A stretch of 64,000 nucleotides of DNA from Octopus sinensis (taxonomy: Eukaryota), in the NCBI RefSeq assembly GCF_006345805.1, contig NC_043002.1:102300001-102364000 (forward strand), in the 5' to 3' direction. This document shows positions 12,019 through 24,892 of the stretch, in pieces. A model generated the notes under the pieces. It searched no databases. It was given only the letters and a program-made list of their open reading frames with translations, and was not told the origin of the DNA. Each line of letters starts with the position of its first letter. Within the stretch, counting starts at the first letter, position 1. The translations under genes were made by a program, and so were the position numbers.

Positions 12019-12810
12019 ATGGAAGTGTCTATGGAGAATTTGCGACAAATAATATTTTATGAGTTTAAAAGAGGAAACTCTGCAGATGAAGCAACTTGAA
12101 ATATTCACTCACCTTATGGAAAAGATTGTCTGGGTGAAAGAACTTGCAGAAGATGGTTTGTAAAATTCAGAGGTGGAGCTTTCCGCCTTGGAGATGAGGC
12201 CCGAACTGGACGTCCATGAAAATGTCCCCAAACTCGGTAGATGTGTGCCTCATGATACATCTAAAGCCAAATGCAAATCCCGAGTGGATACCTGTTTTTC
12301 TATTCGTTCTCGTGTACTCATCTCGCCCGTTTTGTACGGACAGGTGACCGCTGATGCAAAAAATGGGTCTTCTATCAAAATGGTGAGCGACGTAGACGTT
12401 AGCTTTGTGAAGGGGAAAAGACCCATCCGCAACCGAAAAGATACATGCGAAGAAGGTTCTCTCTGTTTGGTGGGATTGCAAAGGAGATATCCCCTTTGGG
12501 TTGCTATCAACGAATGATACAGTCATTGCTCAAATCTACTGTTAGCAATTATAGCGTTTAAATGCTGCTTTGAAGATAAATATTCCCGGGTTTAGAGAAT
12601 AGAAAAGCAGTGGTGTTTAATCAGGACAATGCAAGACTCCACACTGGAAAGTTCACGTCATAGGAAATAGAGGTGTTTGGCTGGGAGAAAATTGCTCATC
12701 CACCTTACTCCCCAGACCGTGCTCCTTCAGATTACCATTTGTTCCGATTTTTGCAGAATCGTTTGGAAGGATTAACTCTCGAAACAACTGAGGAAGCTGA
12801 AACTAGATGA
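12019..12810 (+). mobile_element. Mariner transposase pseudogene (D,D34D), internally deleted
   Basis: MEVSMENLRQIIFYEFKRGNSA...ERTCRRWFVKFRGG..GDEARTGRP, PKLGRCVPHD, VTADAKW, QDNARLH and HPPYSPDRAPSDYHLF. I count 34 residues between the last two Asp. Contains stops and frameshifts. Confidence 0.95.
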
Positions 12811-13334
12811 GGTTTCATTAATGGGTTTAAAAAAATTACGCTAGAATATTTAATTAAATAAGCAGACAAATTTGCAGCAATTCTTCACTCTGGCTGTAAG
12901 ATAGTTAAAATCCTCTCACAAAAAAAAAATAATTATCCTCTTATCAAATAAACTGTATGACAATAGATTAATTGCCGTTGAATGAATCCTGTAACAGTCT
13001 GTATAGAATAACATGGAATCGAAAGCATATATAACCTAACCTAACATCTGAATATCTATAACTTTATGTATTCTCTATGATATTCTGCGAGATGTTGTAA
13101 TTTGAAGAATACCTGCAAGATAGGTACATTGAACAGTAGTAAATGTCAGAATAGCACCGCTAAAGTAGCGGCCACAGTAACATTTCTGCTCTTCTTTTTG
13201 GAGAAGACAAAACGACAGATAAGTCAATGGAAAAATTTGCCTTGAAGTCAACAGTTTGTAGCGAAGATTCCAAAGCTATGTTCCAGTTATGTTTAAGACG
13301 AAGTCTTCATATATACTTCATATAGTTTTCATAA

Positions 13335-13828
13335 TGATATGCATAAGATCTGGTCATCAAATCTAAGTAGAGATTTCAAACTTAAAATCTTCAAAGCCAC
13401 AGTCGAACCAATTCTACTATATGTCTCAGAAACCTGGACGTTATCAAAGAAGCTTGAGAGGCGGTTGGATGGAACTTACACTCGCCTCCTTATGAGAGCT
13501 CAAAATCTTTCGTGGAAGCATCATCCAACCAAAGTACAACTATATGGGAAATTACCACCTGTATCATCTCTTGTAAAAGGTAGAAGAGTCCAGTTTGCTG
13601 GATATTGTTGTAGAGCTGAAAACGAGGTAATTTCTACTCTTCTCTTCTCTTCTGGAAACCATCTGCTCGCGATACCAGGGGGCGCACACTCTCATACCCT
13701 GGAGTAATCTCCAGAAATACAGGCATCCAGCAACAGGACCTCCGTAATGCTATGACGGACCGTGAAGTCTGGCGTAACATAGTAAATTCCATTATCTCGA
13801 CCACGATCGAACAATGATGATGATGATA
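13335..13828 (+). mobile_element. 5'-truncated RTE-type (RTE-X-like) LINE 3' end with (TGA)n tail
   Basis: KIWSSNLSRDFKLKIFKATVEPILLYVSETWTLSKKLERRLDGTYTRLL...RRVQFAGYCCR; after a frameshift, ...DLRNAMTDREVWRNIV, then atgatgatgatga. Confidence 0.9.
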
Positions 13829-14675
13829 GAGTTTCAATTTATTTGCTCCTGATCATTTTCCGATCGACTGAACGTGAGTAATATTCGGGTAAACTGTATA
13901 ATAATTTTCTGGAACACAGTTAGCAATGTGTCTGTTCGTCTTTCTAACACATAAGCTATGAAACAGGACAGAAATGACTCCTATTCCTAGGAAATTGATC
14001 ATGATTGTTTTAATATGTTTCAAATTCTTCCCTGCAGAAATTGACATAAACGTGTATAAGTATCGATTTGTAACATTGGATCATTGAAGTGATTAACTCA
14101 GCTGATTAGCTCGATCCCTGTATTGGATTAGAGCAATCAAAGAAGGAACAAGTCCCAAAGTCGCTACCTTCGAAATTTCAAGTGGAAACATACTGGGTCA
14201 TAACTAAATAATGCAGGACATTTTGTCTGACCTCCTAAAGATTCTGCCAATTATACCCGTAATAGATTCAAACACTACAATCTTTGGAACGAAACCCAAG
14301 GGTCTTAATTTAGAAAAGAAGAGAATTACTTCAATGGGGTGTCGCGGGGTGATAAGGAACAACTTCTGGATATCCATCGACGAAGTTGAATAACTTGAGT
14401 CAGAGAGAGAGAGAGAGAAGAGAGAGATAGAGAGAGGGAGATCTTCGTAATATATATCTTGTCTCACTTCTCGTTATAAATGAAATATCGATAATACAAT
14501 TATCACCATACTCGGAGGAAAACTTATAAAGCTATAATTCGTATTACTCAAGAAACCGATATAATTAACTGCCATATTCACTCACCGTATCATTATTTAT
14601 AAATAGTTATTATTTATTTCTAGTGGATAGGAGTTTGTATTAATCTTTTAATCTCTTGTGTATTAATACACATAC

Positions 14676-15388
14676 ATACTTACATATATATATGTGCATA
14701 TATAAGTGTATAATGATATAAATGCATAAAATGCGCGCACACAAACATGTACACACACACATACACTCGTGTATATTGATGTGTGTTTCTAAACTTGATT
14801 GTTTCTCCATGGCAAATATGTCATTTGGTTTAATGATAGTGAAACGGATTGATGAGTACAGATAATTATTTGATACGAAATGATGGATACGAAGCGACGA
14901 ACTAATCCAGTTCAGTTCTTACAGGCTCCATAAAATAATGACAATTTACTCATCGCACCGTGTATGTATCTGTATGTATGTATGTATGTATGTATGTATA
15001 TATATTTATAGGATGAAATATTTTTCAAAAATCTCATTTTTGAAAAATATTTCATCCTATAAATATATATACATACATACATACATACATACAGATACAT
15101 ACACGGTGCGATGAGTAAATTGTCATTATTTTATGGAGCCTGTAAGAACTGAACTGGATTAGTTCGTCGCTTCGTATCCATCATTTCGTATCAAATAATT
15201 ATCTGTACTCATCAATCCGTTTCACTATCATTAAACCAAATGACATATTTGCCATGGAGAAACAATCAAGTTTAGAATCACACATCAATATACACGAGTG
15301 TATGTGTGTGTGTACATGTTTGTGTGCGCGCATTTTATGCATTTATATCATTATACACTTATATATGCACATATATATATGTAAGTAT
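14676..15388. repeat. Near-perfect 713-bp palindrome (arms 14676-15032 and 15036-15388, loop CTC)
   Basis: Base-by-base comparison: the arms are reverse complements apart from one substitution and one extra TGTA unit in the left arm. Confidence 0.97.
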
Positions 15389-16824
15389 ATTAAAATACCT
15401 TTATTTAATATGTAAGCATATTAAAATACCTTTAAAAGTGAAAATTATAAATAAGGGCAAAAGAAAAGGTCACTATGCCAATATGCTGAGAAATAGACTT
15501 TCAATCATCTTTCACCACATACAATATACATGACTATGATTACACGTTTGCCTTTCCCAAGGGTGCTTGTAAGTATTTCTTTTATTTCCTATCGTATTCT
15601 CTACTGATGAGGGGGAAATCCCTTGGACTAATCCCGAAGCTGATTCAATATAAAAATAACGCATTAGAAGAAAAAAGTCTGTTACCTTGCTTTCCTCGAT
15701 TTCAGTGGAACATGTATTCATTATGAAGTATATTGTATGAGGTGATTGACGATTTAAAGTCTATTTCTCGGCATATTGACATAGAAATCTTTTTTCTTTT
15801 GCCCTTATTTATAAGGATATCAAATTATTTATCGCAATTCTAGGTGCGTTTTCATATTATTCAAATATATTCATGCAAACTTTCACACACGGATATGTTC
15901 AACATGAAACACAGGCGAGTAAAGAGTCTTACACACTAATAAGCAGATTTGGTCTCCGTATGGTTGCTTTACCAAAAGTCAACTGCCGAAAGTCTTTCTT
16001 TAAATGATTCGTAAGAAACAGATTTGTAACTGTTTCTCTGGAAGTTTTAAGCCTTCCGTCTTATGTGTGTGTGCGTGTGTGTATGTATGTATATACACAT
16101 GACCGCAGTGGAATGACTGAAAAAATTGAAAGAATATATATATATACATATACACACACACACACACACATATATGTATATATGCATATATATATGTACA
16201 TGTATGTATGTACAGATGCGTGTGTAAATGTTCGTAGTTCCCCTTCATTGATAATTTTCGTTTCTATGTTTTCTAATAAAACTCAAATTTCGCAATAGAA
16301 AATGGCAATGAAGTCCATTTTCGATGAAATGTGAGTCTGTTATAACACGTGATTGTATTCATATCGATGATATATATAAAAAAAATAGGTAGATATATGA
16401 TACACACAGAACTAGAAAGATGTTGGATTGAACAAAAAGACAAGCGATAACGCCATAATATACTAGAAATGGTAAATGTATCCTACCTTAGAAAGCAACT
16501 CCGCTTCTTTGCTAAACATGCTGCTGTGGAATTCTGTGGAATATTTATTTGCAAATATTTATGAAAATTTTCGGCAATATGCTCTGAAGAAGTACTTTTT
16601 TTTCAGTTTTGAAAATTTTAATCTCTTAAAAATGACAATGAATCATTTAGATAGTTTCATGTACAAGCCTATGAACAAAGAAACACCTATACACACACAC
16701 ATACAAGCACGCACACACACAGACACATACATCCAAACATGTAATAATGTTAAATATATCCACGCATACTCATGCATAAAACATTATGTATATGCAGTTT
16801 GCACATATACAGGTATGGAAATAT

Positions 16825-16876
<52 letters not shown>

Positions 16877-16918
16877 TATATTCATGTTTGTCTATATTAG
16901 ATTACAAAATCCATATCA

Positions 16919-16957
<39 letters not shown>

Positions 16958-16958
16958 G

Positions 16959-17115
16959 CATATTCGTGTATGTCTGTGTGCTTTTACGAGTGTATATACA
17001 CATGCACATACATATGTATACATATATATATATACACATATATATATACACATATACATATTCGTGTATGTCTGTATGCTTTTACGAGTGTATATACACA
17101 TACATATGTACACAC
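16959..17115. repeat. Tandem duplication (period about 98 bp) bracketed by microsatellite
   Basis: catattcgtgtatgtctgt(g/a)tgcttttacgagtgtatatacacat starts at 16959 and at 17057. Confidence 0.9.
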
Positions 17116-18129
17116 ACTCACACAGCTATATATATATATATATATATACTATAGAATGGCATATACACACCCATGAATAGAGACGTGTATATTTGTATGA
17201 GAGTATTGGTATGAGCGTGTATGAATGGAAATGGTTTCATGCGCATGTGGAAGAAAAGCATAAATTGCTATACGCATGTAAAGAACAATTTTAAATGTGT
17301 GCCTAGAAAAATATTCTTTTTATTTATTACCACTTCATAATTCTTAGAATTTATATAGATATTTAATATTAAATACGAAAATAAATTACATATTTGGAAA
17401 TATATTCGTATGCATACGTATATCTACATATTCACATGTATACATGCATTCAGCTTTATAGTTTAAAATAACAGTGAAATATAATGTCCTAAAATGGTTT
17501 CTAACTATGAAAAAATATTAAATTAAGATTTTATAGAAGGTTGCTATTTTTTTTTAAACTAAATACTTAGATTTCATGAGTCTTTTTGCCCGATTTCCAT
17601 AATTTATGGAAACGCAGTCTTTATTTCTGGTCTCCAGTTATGTATGTCTCGCTAAATACTGATCTAGAGACACGCACAACACACTAACAAACACACACAT
17701 ATACTCATATACACACTCACACATACACATACACACACACATACAGGTGAATACATAAATGTACACACACGTGAACACACCTATGTTGAGATATTTTTTA
17801 GGGTTTTTAATTTACGAATGAGAGGAAAAAAATACGTAATGGAATATGATTTGTATATTTATTTATCGTGGAAACTCCCTTCAGTTGCTTCAATGAGCTT
17901 CTCCATAACATTTGTCATAACAAGTAATAATTAACGCAGAAACGAACAGGCAGGCACACACACAAACACACACACGTTGATATAAACATACACACAAAGA
18001 TATGTATATGTGGTGGTGGGGGGTGAGGGAGAGACAAAATGTGTTTGTGTGTGTTTACACACAAATGTCTATTAACAGTTATATATGAGTGGATATATAT
18101 GTAGATATGCCTACACAAACAGAAATATA

Positions 18130-18560
18130 TATTGTAAACTGTGCTTGGTAAATCTATGGTAAAGAGTACGCTTCCATACTTTGATGCAGTACCTGAGTAA
18201 TAATGGATTCCGAAATATTTAAAAATCCGAAGATAGGATAATCTGCACGACAGTCACCTAATTTCAAGGAGGTTAGAGAATATTTCCGAGAGAAATCTTA
18301 TATGAGGGATAAATTCATATATAAACATTAGACAGGCCTATATATGTCCTTTTCAAGAATGGAAAAAAATTTGGTCCTTTGCAGGAAAAAATCTTTTTCC
18401 TCAACAAACATTCTTACAATTACAAGTATTTATCCTTTTTCACCGATTTCTCATTCAAAAGAATTTCCACGAACGCTGGAAATTCGAGTTGTTTTTGCAA
18501 ATGTTTCCAGCACATCCTCAACGATTACTGTTCCCCATTCACGTCTAAGATTAGACTATT
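18130..18560 (-). pseudogene. Possible ancient LINE RT relic
   Basis: A minus frame gives FRNPLLLRYCIKVWKRTLYHRF, resembling the RT motif YRPISLL...KxxERxxxxRL. The rest is heavily decayed. Confidence 0.3.
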
Positions 18561-21244
18561 ATCATGTAAATAGGTTGGAAGTGGGACGTTAGTGTACTTG
18601 CCAGAGATAATGAAAACGTGAGACGACAAATATTCCTTCCACTTAAAGAATTATGCCAATAGAACCATTAACTTTGGATCTATAAACGGTAAGTTTAACA
18701 TAAATGAAAACGCATCTAGAACTGCGATAAATAATTTGATATCCTTGTACTAACGAACTACAGTAATCAAACTGTCTGGCAGACGGAGAGACCTATGATC
18801 GATTCTAACTTTTATCGGATCAATATATACATACATACATATATATGTGTGTGTATGGACGTATGTATATACATATATATATACATACATACATGCATAC
18901 ACACATATATATAAATATATATATGCCTATATATGTATGTATATGTATGTATGAATATGTATGTATGTATATGTATATGTGTGTGTATTTGAGCGATAAT
19001 GGTCGTTGTTTGCTTCATAGTTTTGCTGTTTTCTTTCATTTACGTGGGTTTTGCTTGGTTGTTTTTATACAAGGGTCACCCACAACCGACATATTGCATT
19101 TTTACTGTGTTAATGACTCAGACATTGAACGGAATTTGAACGTAGTTAATCAGAAGTAACTCGTTGACTCCGTATTGTTTCCGATAAATAACAAAAATCT
19201 GATGTTTCCTTAGAATTCGAAGCAATTTCCTGCAGAATGATAACATTTCTAGACATCGCTCTCCGTGATAAAAATATAGTACAGCAGGAGATTTGTATTA
19301 ATGTAAATATTGAAGTCGTGCAAAGCAGTCAAAAAATTTAATGCATTCAAATAAGAGTAAATGTTTTCAAACTGTAATATAACTGAATTTGTCAGAGTTT
19401 AGTGATTTAAATGTTTATAAAGTTCAGTTCGGAATGAACATATGACATAATTCATTATACAATGTAATGCTTGAAAATGGCATGTAAGACAGGAGAAAAA
19501 AATGAAAGAAAATTTCAAAAGAATATTATTTTCATATAAGCAAGTAAACAGAAGACTTGGCTGTTTATATGTCAGTGTTTCTTTTTTCTGAGAGTGCTTT
19601 ATCATCAGATTCGCAAATGTCTGACGTTAGGGACTGCTCTGGTGTTGACTGTATTTATCACTTTTCAATAGCTCAGAGGACTTCCAGCTGAGTATGCCTT
19701 TGTTAGTTAAAAACTCAAAATGGTATGCTCAGCAGGAAGCTATTTGAAAGAAGTATCTATGAGTTATTTGACCAAGGACTTAGGGCAACATAGTGTGAAG
19801 CGCCGTCAGCTGATATTCTAAAGGAGGCTGTCGTCTGGAGCGTCTGTTATTTATACTTATCATATAAATATAAAGTAAAAATAGAAATCCAAGTGTCACG
19901 TGGTGCACCAAACAGCGAACAATTTTGAGTCACATCTTGCTTGAACGTTGGACAAAATAAAAATTCTCAATAACATCCGCCCCCATATTATTGTATATGC
20001 GGAGTTTAAGAAATCGATAACCAAAATGATTTTGCTATAACGGTCGAGTTTATCGAGGCAAATAAGCATGTCGCCCGGATGGTTTTATCGAGCGGGGAAT
20101 GAGTAATGCAGAGGGGAAAAAATGACTGATATATTTGAAATAGAGTGGGTTTTACATGGATCTCAACATAAGCTTTATTTTTTTATTATTTTTTCAATAT
20201 TAATAGTTCCTCCTTTTGTCAACGTATAAATTAATCAAAATAGTGAGTGATATTGAAAAGCGGCGGGAGGCGTTAGCATTCTGGTTGAATGAAAAAATAT
20301 TAGTGGTCTGCTTCAGACTACAAATATATCGAGTTGAAAATCGAAAGATTGAGTAAATAGCAAGAAATGGGAATAGTCTCTAATGATTCACAATCAAAAT
20401 GAGGGTGTATACAGTTAATGCTGATCAAACTGTCAGAAGTAGATATGAAATGAGACTTCAGACTAGCCGCTGCCTCAATGTATGGCTTTTACATCGATAT
20501 CATTTTCAAATTTAGTAAGATCTCACTAAATCAGATATCTTGTAAGTTTGTGGCAGCAGGTCTCGAACTAATTTCTTCTGATGGTTTTAATCTTAAATTT
20601 TAGCGTTCCCTATAGCCGTGTGGTTTTTAATACTTTCTGTTAGCATGGATATATTTGTCCCGAATTTCATATAGGAGTTGATATTTTGGGGGAGAACTGT
20701 AGAAAACTCATCCTTGCATCAGTTACAATCATTACATATAAACACTCGTCCAAGCATACGCGTAAACACACACACAACACACACAAATACTTACACAACG
20801 GATGGAGTGATCCTTCATATTAACGTGAAAGTTCTTTTAGTATAACTCGACATTAAAAAAATCATTAATATATATAAATAATCTCATTCAATTGGTTTAT
20901 TTCTAGTTGTTAATGTTATTGAAACAATAATTATTTCCATTTGTATTAAGAGAACTAGATCTGAACATAGCCCGTATATTTGTGTCAAGCCTTTCAACGC
21001 ATTTTGGCTGAGAATTGGTGTTGAGTTGATCGACTGTACTACACTGTCAAATAAACAGGGCTCAGCTTATATTTGTCCCCTTTCCACGGTACGTAGCTGT
21101 GTTGTCATCGTACACAGAGAAATTCATTTCGCCATTACTGCACCCTAAGCAAATATTCTCAGATTCATTAATTTTTTTAAAACTCAATATTATAGTTATC
21201 CACAATAAGAATATTATCGAAGAGTATGATGATAAGAATGTGTA

Positions 21245-21490
21245 GGCGCGTGGCTTAGTGGTTAGGGTGTCAGCATCACGATCGTAAGATTGTGGTTTCG
21301 ATTCCTGGACCGGGTGCTGCGTTGTGTTCTTGAGCAAAATACTTCATTTCACGTTGCTCCAGTCCACTCAGCTGGTAAAAATGGGTAACGCTGCGATGGA
21401 CTGGCGTCCCGTCCAGCTGGGGAACTCATACGGCATAGAAACCGGGAAACCGGGCCCATGAGCCTGGTTAGGCTTTAAAAAAAGGAAGCA
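21245..21490 (+). mobile_element. tRNA-derived SINE with V-domain-like core
   Basis: tRNA-like head ggcgcgtggcttagtggttagggtg...ggtttcgattcctgg, then gctgcgatggactggcgtcccgtccag, which resembles the V-SINE core as I recall it. Confidence 0.75.
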
Positions 21491-21693
21491 TTTATTTTTT
21501 TAACTTATGATGATAAGAAGTAATCATAACAGTAGCTTTAATGGATCATGCAGAAGGATTATGAAAGTGGGAAATATTTATAAGGAAACCATGTTAAAGG
21601 ATTTTCTTATTATTCATTAATTCAAAGATTTAGAGATTCTTCAGATTAAACAAATCTGAAATTAATTGACAAAAATGTCAAAAATGCATTTAT

Positions 21694-21750
<57 letters not shown>

Positions 21751-22022
21751 GTGTGTGTGTGTGTGTGTGCAAATTCCTTAATGCATTTTTGACATATATA
21801 TATATATAATCATATGAATAATATATATATATAAATAATTATATGAATAATATATATATTATATGAATAAGGCCTTTATATACATGTGTATGCATATACA
21901 TGTTTATATATGTATATAAATGTGAATGTATATACATGTATATTTGTGCGTGTGCATATGTATAACAACAAACATTTGTACGTATTTAAATACACACATA
22001 CACAAACACACACATATGTATG

Positions 22023-22058
<36 letters not shown>

Positions 22059-22528
22059 ATGTCACATATACACATCAATTCTACTGTGAAGCAATATTTA
22101 TGAATTTCAAAATAGATATTTGCATTACATGGTATTTTATTAGAAAAATCTTGTGTGTCCATTTTAAATAAATATTTGTCCCATTTATCATATTCACCTA
22201 AACATCTGCATCAAGAATCAAGCAGCGACAATTTCTCGATGTTCATCTTCCTATAAATTATTTTCACTAAACCAAGCAGTAGTGTATATTTACTTCCCCT
22301 CTCTTCTCTGTCTCTCCCGCTCTTTCTCTCTAGATATATCTCTCTTTCTCTTGCTCTGCCTCTCTCTCTCTCACACACACACTCACATTGCATCGCATCT
22401 ATATTTCCAGATATGAGCAAGCATGTACACAGCAAATTTATCCACTCACCTAAGTGCGCGCACGTATACACACACACACACACGCAGACATATGCACAAA
22501 CGCAATAGTACACACACACACAACACAG

Positions 22529-22559
<31 letters not shown>

Positions 22560-22750
22560 CAGTGTTGTGTCTGGGGAGAGTCATTTTCTTTTTGTGCTTT
22601 ATAATTTAATACACTCACCGGTAAAATTTCCACTTTTTTCTTATTTTTATTTTCCTAAAATTTTCGTTGGGTTTTGCAGCATTTTCAATAGTTTTGACTC
22701 TGTTATATTAAAAGACACAAAAATAAAATGACTCTCCCCAGACACAACAG
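22560..22750. mobile_element. Tc1/mariner-type MITE
   Basis: Perfect 25-bp inverted repeat TGTTGTGTCTGGGGAGAGTCATTTT (22563-22587 / 22725-22749). The left end reads TA|CAGTG, a Tc1-like terminus. Confidence 0.8.
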
Positions 22751-23042
22751 AATAAGCTTCAGCACGAACTCATATAAACAATCTTGCAAACTAAATCTAA
22801 AAACGAATTATATATATATATATATATATACCAAAACTCCTAGCAACGCATTCAGTATGCAGGACCATATATCCCAACAGCTTGTGCTTTGAGTGGCATT
22901 TTCTCTTCAATATTCTCCCACAAAACCCCAAGAAATGCAGATAAGGGCAGCAACCTCAAACTCACGCATTCATCAAATGATATATATCAGAGGGGCTCCA
23001 GCATGGCCGGAGATTTCGAAATGAATCTAGCCATATACATAT

Positions 23043-23073
<31 letters not shown>

Positions 23074-23310
23074 AAAATTAAAATAAGTAACAGGATATCA
23101 AATAGTGATACAACACGACCGTTTCAAGCGAATCATTTTAATTGAACGATGCAATCATTGCATCAATTTAAATGCACTCCCATCATCAGCTGCACAAATA
23201 AATAAATAGAATTTTAACGAGTTGGACACAATATCATTTTTCTGTAATACTTTAACAGAGAAAGAAGACGAAAGATATTCATGTCGTCGCTATTGTAGAT
23301 GAGAATAGAC

Positions 23311-23342
<32 letters not shown>

Positions 23343-23385
23343 TATAGATATATATATATATATATATAGTTTAATCATTTTCCTA

Positions 23386-23600
23386 TTTTACTTGATTCAC
23401 TCATTTGATTGCGGCCATGCAGGAGCACCTCCTCAAAGGGTGTTAGTCAAAGAAATCGACCCCAGAACATATCCTTACTAAGCCTAGTACATCTTCTATC
23501 TTAGGCAGAACCGCTAAGTTAAGGATACAGAAACAAACCAGCATCGATTGTGAAGCGATGCCGAGGGGAACAAACACGAACACACACAAATATATATACA
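23386..23600 (-). mobile_element. SINE family A, 3' half
   Basis: tttacttgattcactcatttgattgcggccatgcaggagcacc is the reverse complement of the family A tail. Confidence 0.8.
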
Positions 23601-23757
23601 TGTACATACTTACATACAGCCATATATAGTTTGTTCCAGTCTTTAACTGTAGACATGCTGAAACCACCACCTTACTAGGTTTAGCCGAACAAATGGAGGC
23701 CTGCGCTTCTTTTCATCTTCTTCTTCTTCATTATTATTATATTATTATTATTATTAC

Positions 23758-23966
23758 TAGGACAATCGTTAACACGCCGGGCTGAATACTTAACGTCATT
23801 TCACTCGTGATCACATATTGAGTTCAAATTCCGCCCGGCTCCGCATTGATTTTATTCCTTTCGGGGTCAACAAATTATATACCAGTGCACCACTGGGGTA
23901 CATGTAAACGACTAGAATCCTTCCCACAAATTTCAAAACCTTGTGCCTTCAGTAGAAAGGATTATT
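23758..23966 (+). mobile_element. SINE family B
   Basis: aatcgttaacacgccgggc...tgagttcaaattccgcc...attcctttcggggtcaacaaatt...accagtg...ggggtac. Confidence 0.8.
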
Positions 23967-23975
23967 ATCATATAT

Positions 23976-24392
23976 GCGTAGAAGTGGCTGTGTGGTAAGT
24001 AGCTTGCTTATGAACCACATGGTTCCGGGTTCAGTCCAACTTCGTGGCAACTTGGGCAAGTGTCTTCTACTATAGCCTCGGGCTGACCAAAGCCTTGTGA
24101 GTGGATTTGGCAGACGGAAACTAAAAGAAGCCCGTCGTATATATATATATATATATAATATATATATATATACACATATGTGTGTGTGTGTTTGTGTGTC
24201 TACGTATGTTCCTCCAACATCGCTTGACAACAGATGCTGGTGTGTTTTCGTCCGCGTAACTGAGCGGTTCGGCAAAAGAGACCATTAGAATAAGTACTAG
24301 GCTTACAAAGAATAAGTCCTGGGGTCGATTTGCTCGACTAAAGGCGGTGCACCAGCATGGCCACAGTCAAATGACTGAAACATGTAAAAGAG
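23976..24392 (+). mobile_element. SINE family A, full length
   Basis: Intact head (gtggctgtgtggtaagtagc...ccgggttcagtcca), internal (TA)n(TG)n, and tail ggcggtgcaccagcatggccacagtcaaatgactgaaac. Confidence 0.92.
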
Positions 24393-24399
24393 TATTATT

Positions 24400-24892
24400 A
24401 CCATTGTCTTTGCGCAGCTTCTAACGCTGGAGATGTAGTACAGTGTCAGCTGTTCACTACCAATGAACTAACGTAACATATCTTATTTTTCGAGCACCTT
24501 CCGGAGTATTCGAGCGGTTCCAAGCAGTGCTGTTTTCTGCAAATGCTCCACCCTTATTGCAGCCCCTATTTGTTCACACGAACTTCTCGAGATTTTTGCT
24601 CACTGTTCCCAGGGCACCGACAATTATTGGTACTACTGCTACCTTTCTCATCGACCACAACTGCTTAACCTCCCAAGCTAACCTGTCATATCTGTCAACT
24701 TTTCTTTCTTCCTTATCGCATAGCTTGTTGTCAGCTGGACATGCTATATCTATGATCCAGCATATATCACTTTCTTTCTCAATTAAGACTGTCTGGCTTC
24801 CTATTCTCAATCACATGATCACACTGAATCATAAAATCCCATAGGATCTTTGCATTTCTAGTTTCGACGATGTCTTCAGGTTTGTGGTCCTA
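24400..24892 (-). mobile_element. 5'-truncated R4/Dong-like non-LTR retrotransposon (RLE endonuclease end)
   Basis: HKPEDIVETRNAKILWDFMIQCDHVIENRKPD/VLIEKESDICWIIDIACPADNK..DKEERKVDRYDRLAWEVKQLWSMRKVAVVPIIVGALG, i.e. the PD-(D/E)xK restriction-like endonuclease region. Short TAA runs lie at both ends. Confidence 0.9.

Noticed and set aside
18377-18550. Segment after ctttgcag that is open in all three plus frames
   Set aside because: No frame is recognisable and the donor is weak. The minus strand is better explained as a decayed LINE RT, whose antisense is often stop-poor.
21245-21320. tRNA-like sequence (also the heads at about 31475-31547 and 33890-33962)
   Set aside because: These continue into SINE bodies and lack a complete cloverleaf acceptor stem, so they are SINE heads rather than tRNA genes.
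21675-21795. 16-bp inverted repeat around a (TA)n(TG)n tract
   Set aside because: It is AT-rich and short, with no TSD and no second copy, which is insufficient to call a MITE.
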